A DNA stretch of 64,000 bases from an uncultured Gammaproteobacteria bacterium (lineage in GTDB: Bacteria; Pseudomonadota; Gammaproteobacteria; CAWCPV01). Shown piece after piece: positions 7,905 through 17,465 of this stretch. The first letter of the stretch is position 1. Each line of letters opens with the position of its first letter. The notes under the pieces are model-generated. The model worked only from the letters and a program-made list of their open reading frames with translations. It had not been told where the DNA came from and did not search any database. The position numbers and the translations under genes were made by a program. The stretch covers positions 32,001 through 96,000 of the forward strand of contig CAWCPV010000003.1 of NCBI GenBank assembly GCA_963797555.1, given 5' to 3'.

Positions 7905-9824
7905 ATGGCCAGCATCGTCACAATCACGCCCACAGCCGAGAGTGTGGCGTGCACTCCTGGTGGCTCCGCAGAGCACAGCTTCAGCGTCACCAACACGACC
8001 GGCGCGCCCATCGGGGTCGGTGCGAGAATCGTCACCGCCGACCCCAGTCGGGAAGCGTGGTTCACTATCCAGGGAGCTGCCGAACGCCAGCTTGCCCCCA
8101 ACGAGACCGACCAGGTGACGGTCTCGATCAAGCCGCCAGCAGGCGCGGCACCAGGCACTTACAAAGTCAAGCTACAGGTTTTCTCGTTGGAGCGCGGGCG
8201 CGCGGGCGAGGACTTCACCGACGGGCCGACCGTCGCGGTCGTGGTCGGCCAGTTGCCTCCTCCGCCACCGCCGCCGCCCGATGGCCGGTCCCGCTGGTGG
8301 ATAATGGCGGTCGTGGGCGTGGTGGCACTCTTGGTGGTCGTAGGGCTGGTCACCTGGCTGCTCTGGCCCCCCCGTACGCCCGAGGTGCCGGACCTCGCGG
8401 GGCACACGTTGAAGGAGGCGCAGTCGGAGCTGGAGCACGTCGGACTCACGGTCGGCAAAACCAGCGCGAAGCTTACCGGAAAAACTGCGGAAGGCCAGGT
8501 GATCGACCAGACGCCCGAGCCCGGCAAGCCCTTGAAGAAGGGCGATACGGTGGACCTCGTGCTGGAGGCGGCGTCGGTCGAGGTGCCGGACGTGGTGGGC
8601 AAGAAGGTAGTGGAGGCCCAAGAGGCGCTGAAAAGTGCAGGTCTCGCGGTGGGCCCGATCGCGGAGCAGCGTACCGGCGGGGCCGCGGGCGGCACGGTGC
8701 TGGGGCAAGAGCCTTCGAAGGGGCAGCGCATTTCACCCCAGTCGGCGGTCGCACTGACGGTGGAGGCCGCATCGATCCCCGTGCCGCGCGTCATGGGGCA
8801 AACCCTGGCCGAGGCGACGCGGACCCTGAGAGATCGCGGCCTGGTGGTGGGCGAGGTAACACAGCGTCGGACAGGCGGAACCCCGAGCGTGGTGCTGAAC
8901 CAGAGCCCGGACGAGACTCGGTCCGTCCCGCCCGGCACGGCCGTCGCCCTCACGGTCGAGCAGCAGACCGTCGCCGTCCCCAAGGTCGAGAACCTCGACC
9001 TGCAGAACGCCATGCGCGCGCTGGTCAGCCAGGGCTTGAAGCTCGGCGCGGTCAGCGAGCGCCGCGGTGGCGCTGCCCCGGGGGTCGTGCTGAGCCAGAG
9101 CCCGACCGAGGGGCAGCAGGTGGCTCCGGGCACCGCAGTCAACCTCGTTATCGAGCAGCAGAAGGTCACCGTGCCCCAGTTGCAGGGCCTCGCCCTGCAG
9201 GCTGCAACCGGGCGGATTTCCGCCGAGGGCCTGAAGGTGGGGACGGTGACGAAGGCGCGGGAGGGCAAGGCAGCAGGTACGGTCATTCGACAGAGCCCCG
9301 GCGCGGGAGCCACGGTGATTCCCGGGACCGCGGTGGCACTGGTCATTCAGGACCAGCCTCTGCCCGCGTGTCGTTGGACCCGTTCCGTCTCCGAGGAGTC
9401 GCCCAGCTCGGAGAGCTGTCCGAGCGGTTTCGCGCTGAAAGGCATCAAGTGTAGCGGCAGGTACTGCGACAACAAGGCGCTTTATTGTTGCCCCTATCTC
9501 ACGGAGGGCGACAGGCGGAGCCGCCTCTCGTGGTCGGGCTGGATATCCGAGGAGAGGCCCAACAACACCGCCACCACGCGCTCCGGCTTCGTCGCCGGAC
9601 TGCAGTGCAAGGGTGCCTACTGTGACAACGTCAGGCTCCAGTACCTGAGCACCCCGGACCTCCGCAACACCGGACACTGCAGCAACCAGCCTTACGTCTC
9701 CGAAGAAGGATCGGGAACATCCATTTGCGGAGGGTACGGCACGTTCGTGGCCGGGATGAGCTGCAAAGGAAGCCACTGCGACAATGTATCGTTAGAATGT
9801 TGCGGGTCCGACCTGGGCCGGTAG
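7905..9824 (+). CDS. Bitopic protein: Ig-like N-domain, TM helix, 5 PASTA repeats, Cys-rich 3-repeat C-domain
   Basis: VPDLAG/VPDVVG/VPRVMG/VPKVEN/VPQLQG repeats with matching V..Q.P..G ends; TM WWIMAVVGVVALLVVVGLVTWLLW; RBS GGAGGAG. Confidence 0.85.
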   Translation: MASIVTITPTAESVACTPGGSAEHSFSVTNTTGAPIGVGARIVTADPSREAWFTIQGAAERQLAPNETDQVTVSIKPPAGAAPGTYKVKLQVFSLERGRAGEDFTDGPTVAVVVGQLPPPPPPPPDGRSRWWIMAVVGVVALLVVVGLVTWLLWPPRTPEVPDLAGHTLKEAQSELEHVGLTVGKTSAKLTGKTAEGQVIDQTPEPGKPLKKGDTVDLVLEAASVEVPDVVGKKVVEAQEALKSAGLAVGPIAEQRTGGAAGGTVLGQEPSKGQRISPQSAVALTVEAASIPVPRVMGQTLAEATRTLRDRGLVVGEVTQRRTGGTPSVVLNQSPDETRSVPPGTAVALTVEQQTVAVPKVENLDLQNAMRALVSQGLKLGAVSERRGGAAPGVVLSQSPTEGQQVAPGTAVNLVIEQQKVTVPQLQGLALQAATGRISAEGLKVGTVTKAREGKAAGTVIRQSPGAGATVIPGTAVALVIQDQPLPACRWTRSVSEESPSSESCPSGFALKGIKCSGRYCDNKALYCCPYLTEGDRRSRLSWSGWISEERPNNTATTRSGFVAGLQCKGAYCDNVRLQYLSTPDLRNTGHCSNQPYVSEEGSGTSICGGYGTFVAGMSCKGSHCDNVSLECCGSDLGR

Positions 9825-10210
9825 CGGGAGCCGCGCCGCCTCGCGGGGCCCGCCTGAGCGGCACAAGTCGCCCAGGGCTCCTCGCGGGGCGGCTCTTACT
9901 TACAGAGCAGCGCCTGTGTTCTGGGGTTCCTCGGCCGGTTTGACTGGTGGGAGATGCATGACCTGGCGTTCGGGCGCGGGCTTCTCTTTTCCGTCCGATG
10001 TGCCGGCTCGGGCACACATTCGCCGTGGGCCGAATACAGGCCGGCAGGCTAGGAACGCGCGGCGCGGCTCCATGCACCACGATCCGCGGTTGGCGGGATA
10101 GAATTGAGAAACAGGGCGCAGTCTTGACGCTTGGACCAATTCCTGGCCTGAGAGCCTGTAGTGAATGACGCAAGACGAGGGCTACCGCAGCGCTAAAATC
10201 AACGGCTTGT

Positions 10211-10234
10211 TATAGGAGCGGCTTGAGCCGCGAA
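10211..10234 (+). repeat. GTAG-type REP-like element
   Basis: TATAGGAGCGGCTTGAGCCGCGAA; inverted homologue at 22147-22170. Confidence 0.5.
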
Positions 10235-10337
10235 CGGTATTTCTTCACAAGACCTCATGCTCGGCAGGGGCACCACACGGCATAAAAATGACTGTTTTCA
10301 AGGCAACTCTGAGTTCCCTCCGCCAAGTGTGATTGGG

Positions 10338-12348
10338 GTGTCCGAGCAAGACATCCTGATGGGCGGTGCCCGGCGCATCGAGATCGGCCGCGACGCCGTC
10401 GGCAACACCATCATCACCGGCGACGGCAACGTCGTCGGTGATCGAAGCGGTGCGGCGCCTTCCGGACCCGCAGGCCGCGCCACCCGGCTCGGCCCCAACC
10501 CTTACAAGGGGCTGGCCGCGTTCGACGAGGACGACGGCGAACGTTTCTTCGGGCGTGAGGCCCTGACCGGGAAGCTCTGGGAGGCGTTGCTTGCGCTGCA
10601 CGCGCCGCTGGACGCATCGCCTCCCTTGCGGCTGCTCGCCGTGGTCGGACCTTCGGGCTGCGGCAAATCCTCCGTGGTGCGCGCAGGGCTGCTGCCTGAG
10701 CTGGCGCGCCGGCCGCTCCCTGGCCTGGAGCGCTCGCGAGTCGCGGTGCTCACCCCCGGGGCGCACCCGCTGGAGGCGCTCGCCACCGTGCTGGCGCGTA
10801 TCGCGACGGACGATCCGGCCCCCATCGCCAAGGCGCGAGAATTCGCAGAAGAACTGAAGAGACCCCCGCACGACGGTCTGCGGCGCATCGGTGACGCCTT
10901 CCCGGGCAGCGCCAGCGCCCCCCTCGTCGTGCTGGTCGATCAGTTCGAGGAGGCTTATGCCCTCTGCCAGGACCCCACCGAGCGCGATGCCTTCATCGCC
11001 AATCTGATGGAGGCGGCGGCCGACCGCGGCGCCCGGGTCTCCGTGGTGCTGACGCTGCGCAGCGACTTCCTCGGTGCCACCGTGCGCCATCCGGCCCTCA
11101 ACGCGCCATCGCCGACCAGGGCATCCTGGTGCCGGCCATGGGCGAGGACGAGCTCCGCCGGGCCATTGCCGAGCCGGCGCGGCGGGCCGGCCATCCGCTG
11201 GAAGAGGCCACCGTCGATCGGCTGATCGGCGAGACCCTGGGCCGCGAGGGGGCGCTGCCGCTGCTCGAGTTCACCCTCACCCGCATTTGGGAGGGGCTTG
11301 CCGAGGGCAAGGCACCGGCCGAGACGCTGAGGGCGTTGGGCGGGGTGGGCGGTGCGCTCGCCGGGGAGGCCGAGCGGCTGTTCGAGCGGCTGACCGAATC
11401 CCAGCAGCAGATTGCGCGGCGTGCCTTCCTCGCCTTGGTGCGGCTCGGGGAGGGCACGCGGGACACGCGCCGGCGCGCGGTTCTCCCCGAGATGGTGGCT
11501 GCGGGCGAGCGTCCCGAGCAGGTGCAGGAGGTCCTGCGCGCCTTCGCGCGGGCGGGCGAGCGGCTGGTCACGCTCTCCGACGGAGGGCGGCGAGGTGTGG
11601 GCGGAGGTTACCCACGAGGCCCTCTTCGAGCACTGGACGCGGCTCCAGGGCTGGTTGACGACGGGTCGCGACGACCTGCGCTTTCACCGGCGCCTCGCTG
11701 AGGCGGCCGAGCACTGGGACCGGGCGGGACGCCCCGAGGGCCTGCTCTGGCGCCCGCCCGACCTGGATCTGCTGGATGCTTTCCAGCGCCGCGCTAGAGC
11801 GGACATGACAGCCCTGGAGGTGGACTTCCACCACACCTCGCTGGCTCGGGAACGGGCGCGTCGCCTCGCCAAGCGCGCGACGGTCTCGGGCCTGGTCCTG
11901 CTGCTGATTCTGATGGGGGGCCTCGGGGTGCTCTTGGAGCATCAGCGTAGGCTGGCCGACGAGCAGACGCACGAGGCCGAGACGGCTCGTCACCGCGCCG
12001 AGGAGCAAAGGGGCCTGGCGGAGCAGCAGAGGCTTCAGGCCGACATGGCTCGGCAACAAGCCGAGGAACAAAGAACTCTCGCAACCGCCAGGGAGCTGGC
12101 GGCCAGGGCGAATCTGGCGCTCGCAAGCTTTTCTGAATGGTGTAGTGTCCTGAGCACGCTTCTGTCCGTCGAGTCAGTCCGGCGACAGCCCACCTTCGAG
12201 GGCCAAATGGCTCTGATGGCTGGTCTACGGGTGCTGCGCTGCCCCATCGCCCGCCTTCCGCATGACGCTTGGGTCGAGGCCGTCGCCTTCAGCCCGGACG
12301 GCACGCGCCTCGCCACCGCAAGCAAGGACAGGACCGCGCGGCTCTACG
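10338..12348 (+). pseudogene. nSTAND1-type NTPase + TM + WD40, frameshifted and truncated after the first WD40 repeat
   Basis: NPYKGLAAF, FFGRE, Walker A GPSGCGKSS, Walker B LVDQFEE, GALPLLEF, HEALFEHW, WD40 VAFSPDGTRLATASKDRTARLY spread over 3 frames. Confidence 0.85.
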
Positions 12349-12434
12349 ATAAATTCGTGGCGCGCCTCCGCGCGCTGCTCGCCGCTCAGGTAGTCATCCG
12401 CGCTGACAGGGGTCCAGTGGGCGTGCGAAGCCAT
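12349..12434 (-). pseudogene. N-terminal fragment of a Uma2-family endonuclease
   Basis: MASHAHWTPVSADDYLSGEQRAEARHEFI, abutting the truncated WD40 gene on the opposite strand. Confidence 0.55.
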
Positions 12435-12600
12435 GGCTTCCCATCGCTGAGGTCGATGCCGCCCATCATAAGGACCTGAAGCGGGAACCACAAACGCGCC
12501 GCAAGCGCGGGTGCTGGGGAGTCCACGGCGCAGCCGTGTCGGCCGCCATCCCGCCGGGCAACGCTGGGCTCTGCCCACCCGCCGATCAGAACCCAGAAAC

Positions 12601-15441
12601 TCAGAAATCAGAATCCGCCAGGGACACCACCACCCGAAACCCCAGGGCGTAGCCGAAGCTGCCGGGATGATCCCTGCTCCGGTAGGCGCAGCGCGCGACC
12701 CTGCGGTCGCTGCTCCAGGAACCGCCGCGCACCACGCGCGGGCCCTCCGCCTGCGGGTCCTCTCGCCCGTCCTCGGCCGATACGGGTAATCCCGGTAGAG
12801 GCTCGCCGTCCACTCCCAGACGTTGCCGGAGAGGTCGTGGATGCCCTGCGCCGTGGCACCGGAGGGATAGACGCCCACCGGGGTCGTCCGCAGCACGCGC
12901 CCCTCGGCGGTATTGGCCCGCTCCGGACTCCAGCGGCGTCCCCACGGGTAGCGCCCTCCGCGGGGGTAGCGGGCGGCGCGCTCCCAGGCCGCCTCGCTGG
13001 GGAGGGCAACGCCCTGCCCCGGCGCGAGGGGCGGCTGCGCGGCGTCCCCCGCCGCCCGCCACCGGTCCTGGAGCCACAGGCAGTACGCGCGCGCCTCGAA
13101 CCAGGTGACGCCCACCACCGGCTGGCAGGGGTGGTTGAAGGGCGCGTCGTCCCAGTAGGTCGGCCGGTCCGCGGGGCGACTCCCATAGGACTTTTTCATC
13201 TCTCGGGCGAAGTCCTCCTCGTCGAGAGCCAGAGCGTCCTCCCAACGGGCCACGATCTGATGACTCCAGCCCTGCTGCCCAGCCGGCGCGGGTTCTCCTT
13301 CAGCCAGCGCCATAGGTCGATCAGGTCCTCGACCGCCTGGCTCTTCAGCTCGCCGCGCCGCCAGGCCCGAGCCTGGGCGTCGGCCACCAGCGCTCGTCCT
13401 GGTAGCCCCCCGCCTGCCAGAAGCAGGCGTACTCGGCATTGGTGACCGGGTAGCGGCCGATCCAGAAGGCCGGAAGCGGGACCTGGCAAGGGGGGAACTC
13501 GTCGCCAGCCGGCACCTTCGAAAGCCGAAGCCGGAGCAGCTCCCAGAGGCTCGAGCCCACCCGAAAGGCGCCCGCCGGCAGGGGCACGAGGGGCCGCAGC
13601 AGCACCCGCTGCCCGTCCACCGCGAGGGCCTGGAAACGCGGGTCGCCCAGGCTGCCCAGGGCTTCGCCTGCGGCGATGCGGTGGCGCAGGTGGACCTTGC
13701 GGTTCCCCATCGCCGCCAGCAGGTCGTTCTGGACGCCCTGGACCTGGCCCGGGTCCGCCGCCGCGCCGACCTCCGACAAGCAGCGGGCGGCGAGCACCGG
13801 GTTCGCCCGGCGCACCGCCTCGACGAAGGCGCCAGCATCTTCCGCGAGGCCCGCGGCCAGCACCGTCGGCTCCTCCCACCCCGTGGTCGGCGGCCCGGGC
13901 AGCGGCTCGTCCGGCCCCAGCGGGCCCGGATCGGGCATCTCCCGGACAAGCCTGCGCTGGCGCCAGCGGGGGGCGAGGTCCTCGCCTTTGGCGAAGCGCG
14001 AGAGCAGGGCGCGCGCCGAGAAGTACTCCTGGAGCTGGTGGTGGTAGAAACGAAGCTGCTCCTCGGCGCGCGCGTCCCGCTCGCCCTCGCGCCGCGGCTC
14101 CACCTCGGTGTCCAGCAGGGTGGCCGCGAGCCCCAGGCGCTCGACGACCGCCGGGGCAACGTCCACCGGGCCGTCGGCGGTCTCCACCGTCCGGGGGATG
14201 CGCTGCCGCGCCTCTTTCCGCGGCAGCCGCACACCCGCCCCGAAGGGCTGCAGGGTCTCGGCCAGACCGGAGAGCGCCATGGCGAGGGCTTCTTCTCCGG
14301 GCCAGTCGGGGTGGTTGCGGTCGTGCTCCCGGGCGAGCAGCAACCTGACGAAGCCCTTGAACAGGGCGGCGCGGCTCCGCGGCCAGTCCCCGCCTTCCTT
14401 GACCAGGGCCGCCAGCATGGCGAGATACCAGGGATTGCGCACGAGGTCGAGCAGCGGGCTTCCCTCCAGCCTGCCCCAGGCCTCCCCGGCGAGCTCCGAG
14501 GTCAGGTAGCGGGCGAGAAAGGTCTGCACCCGAGGGTCGTCCAGGCGCTCGATCTCTACCTGAGGCAGCCCGAGGGGCTCGCCGTAGTCCCGGCTGCGGC
14601 AGGTGACCACCACCTGGTTGCCCGGCCGCTCGGCGAGCTTTGCGATGAAGCGGCGCCACTCCCCCACCCGCACGCGATAGTCCCGCTCGTCTTCGAAGGG
14701 CATCTCGTTCAGGGCGTCGCAGAGCAGCAGGACACCGCCGCCGTCCACCCGCGCCTGCAGGTCGGCGGTCCCGACCCACTTCCACTGCGCCTCCAGCAGC
14801 TCGTGGGGGGAGCGGTAGCCGCGGTAGTCGGCGAGCGGCAGGAACACCGGGAACGGCCCCTGCCCTTCCTCCAGCCGGCGGCGCGCCGCCTCCAGCGCCA
14901 GACGGTACAGGGTGGTGGTCTTGCCGGCCCCCGGCTCGCCCAGAAGCGCCACGGCGTGGTGGCGGCCGAGCGCCTCGGCCACGTTCTCCAGGCGCACGCG
15001 CTTCACCTGGCGCTGGGGCCCTTCCCCGAGCACCTGCAGCTCCGTGTACTCGGGGGCCAGATCCTCGCTGGTCAGCATCCCGGCCAGCGGCACGAACTGG
15101 GTCGCCCAGCGCCCGTAGCGGGGGCTCACCAGCATCGCGGCCAGGTAGGCCCGTTCGTCCCCCTGTCGGGCGGCGGCCGGCCAGAGGTCGGACGCAGCCT
15201 CCCTGGAAAGGGTCACCTGGGGAGCGCCGGGTGCGCTGACCATCAGGAGCCCCCGCGCGGGGTCCGCCTGGAGGGTCGCCTGGCGATCGGCGAGCATCTC
15301 CCGCAGGACGGAGAGGACTTCGTCGAGCTGCTCCGGGCTGAAGGGGCCAAGACGGAGGTTCAGGTCGCGGCCGATGACCGTGCCGGCCTGCACCGGCCCC
15401 GCGTAGATGGCCCCGCCTCCCGTGTCGATTCAATCCGGCAT
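12601..15441 (-). CDS. DGR target 1: NACHT/STAND NTPase + FGE-sulfatase (C-lectin) domain, frameshifted in this assembly
   Basis: Walker [61 protein letters not shown]...GFRVVVS; ~3 indels; in-frame TGA at codon 4 after ATG 15441. Confidence 0.88.
12622..12741 (-). repeat. DGR variable repeat VR1
   Basis: 120-nt match to TR with 14 mismatches, all at TR adenines. Confidence 0.95.
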
Positions 15442-15663
15442 GTCTTGGCTCAGGGGTGCACAAGATCCCCGGCGCCGTGCCGCTCGGGCGGCAGGACGCC
15501 GGGCGCTGCGCTATTCGGCCGGCCGCGGGGCTGCCGCGGGCGCGACCCGGACCGGGCTGGGCTGGCTCTTCTCCCTGGCACCGTCCCGCATCGCTGGATG
15601 ACGGGATCTGCCGGCCGTGTCAAGCGGGCTGCGCCCGCCATGCCTCCCAGGGAAAACGGCTAT

Positions 15664-15783
15664 GGACACCACCACCCGAAACCCCAGGTTGTTGTTGAAG
15701 TTGTCGGGATGATTCCTGTTCCGGTAGGCGCAGCGCGCGTTCCTGCGGTTGTTGTTCCAGGAACCGCCGCGCACCACGCGCGG
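15664..15783 (-). ncRNA. DGR template repeat (TR)
   Basis: AAC-rich copy translating as [39 protein letters not shown], directly downstream of avd. Confidence 0.95.
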
Positions 15784-15807
15784 TGGCAGCCCGGCCCGAC
15801 ATCCAGT

Positions 15808-16155
15808 CTAGCGCAATTCTCTCCCCGGTCGACTCTTGCGCCAACCGCCGAGCAGCCTGCCGATTTCCTCCACCATGCGCGAGACGTGCTCGTACTGCCC
15901 GTCACTGAGAAGGTCCAGGTCGCGGCACAGCCGCAGGTGGAGCCGCAGCTTGACCAGGGTTACGTCGGCCTTCTGAAGCATGGGCTGAGCGTCGCTGGCG
16001 CAAGCCGCCTCAATCAGCTCCTCGTGGAAACGCAGTGCCGTTTCCTGTAGGGCCTGCGCCAGGACGAAGCGCTGCTGTCGGGGAAACCGCAGGGTGGCCG
16101 GTATGAGCCAGCGCAGGAGGTCGTAGGTGCGGGAGAAGATGGGTGATTCCTTCAT
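15808..16155 (-). CDS. avd: DGR accessory variability determinant (four-helix bundle)
   Basis: MKESPIFSRTYDLL...FPRQQRFVLAQ...LRLHLRL...EIGRLLGGW; lies between RT and TR. Confidence 0.92.
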   Translation of the reverse strand: MKESPIFSRTYDLLRWLIPATLRFPRQQRFVLAQALQETALRFHEELIEAACASDAQPMLQKADVTLVKLRLHLRLCRDLDLLSDGQYEHVSRMVEEIGRLLGGWRKSRPGRELR

Positions 16156-16226
16156 CGGCGCCAGCGTTCAGCGACGTAGGGCAGCTCGACCTGCCGCATC
16201 ACCGCCCGGCGGCCATCAGCGGACGG

Positions 16227-17386
16227 CTACCCAGTCCTCGTCGCTCCACGTTCCATGTCACTCCCGGCTCGAACAGCGAGCCCCAGAGTCGTCCGGTCAC
16301 ACAGCAAGGCCCGGCGCAGGCCCCAGGTGTCGCCGTGCGCCGCGTGGGCCACCCAGCCCTGGACGCGGCGAGCGAGCTGGACAGGGCTCATCTCGCCCCG
16401 TGCGGCGGCTTGCCGCCAGGCCCTCAGCCGCCGGGCGAACGCCACCCCATTGCGCCGCCTCAGGCGCCGGTGGGTGGGAAAGACCGTGAATCCCAGGAAC
16501 GGGACGCCGTTCCTCACCGGATAGACCGTGCTGGAGCGCTCGTGGAGCGTGAGGCGAAGCGAGGCGAGCCGCTCCCGGATCGAGCCCCTTCCATTCCCAG
16601 AGCCGGCCCTTGTCGTCGCCGAACAGCAGGAAGTCGTCCACGAACCTGAGGTACGCCGGGCAGCGCAGGCGGCGCTTCACGAACTGGTCCAGGTCGTCGA
16701 GGTACACGTTCGCCCAGAACTGGCTGGTCAGGTTGCCGATGGGCAGCCCCCTGGGCCGGTTGACCGCGAACAGGTCGTCTCCGGGGAAATACACCATCGT
16801 GTACTCGTCCTTCAGCACCTCGGCGCCGTTCTCGAGGGTCACGTCGATGAGCCAGAGCACTCCGGGATCGGCGATCCTGCGGGCGAGCATGGCCCTCAGG
16901 CAACCGAGATCCACGCTGGGAAAGAACTGTCGGAACGTCGCACTGAAGCACGAAGCGGTAACGCCTCGCGAATGCCTGGGCGCGGTCCAGGGCGCGGTGG
17001 GTCCCCTTTCCTACCCGGTTGGCGTAGGAATCGTCGATGAACGACCTTTCGAACAGGGGCTCGATGACGTTGCAGAGGGCGTGATGAACGACCCGGTCTC
17101 GAAACGGGGCGGCGGAGATCAGGCGGCGCTTCGGATCGCGGATATAGAAGGAACCGTACGGCCCCGGCCGGTAGGTGCGCTCCCGAAGCTCCCGCTCCAG
17201 CTCGAGAAGGTTATGCTCCAGGTCGAACTCGAAGGCGGAGGCGGGCGAGCGCGGCGCTCGTCCGTGCGGTGCGTGGTGCTCGGAGCCCTCCCTGCCCCGC
17301 TTGCCGCGCGCGGCCTTTTGCCAGGCGCTGTACAGGTTCGCGAACGAGGTTACCCGCGGGTACAGGTTGTTGTAGGTTCGGGTCAA
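16227..17386 (-). CDS. DGR reverse transcriptase, frameshifted in this assembly
   Basis: [32 protein letters not shown] (DGR-type SQ motif), RFVDDF, GVPFLGF; probable TTG start at 17386. Confidence 0.93.
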
Positions 17387-17465
17387 TGGGGAGCCTCGTG
17401 GCAACAGGGAGGACGCCGGAAAGCCCGCCCCTCCGCATCCTCGCGCCGAATCAGAAGCCAGAAAC

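Noticed and set aside
10150-10257. Possible second MITE (GAGCCTGTAGTGAA...TTCACAAGACCTC)
   Set aside because: Inverted repeats are imperfect, there is no target duplication and only a single copy.
15511-15777. 88-aa ORF resembling an FGE-sulfatase C-terminus
   Set aside because: It is the reading frame of the template repeat, probably non-coding.
13681-16050. Long antisense ORFs (e.g. 13681-16050, 31534-34086, 50214-52367)
   Set aside because: Shadow frames of real genes in high-GC DNA, with no motifs.
16227-17386. Group II intron or retron RT
   Set aside because: IGNLTSQ motif, adjacent avd and TR/VR pairs identify a DGR; no maturase or endonuclease domain.
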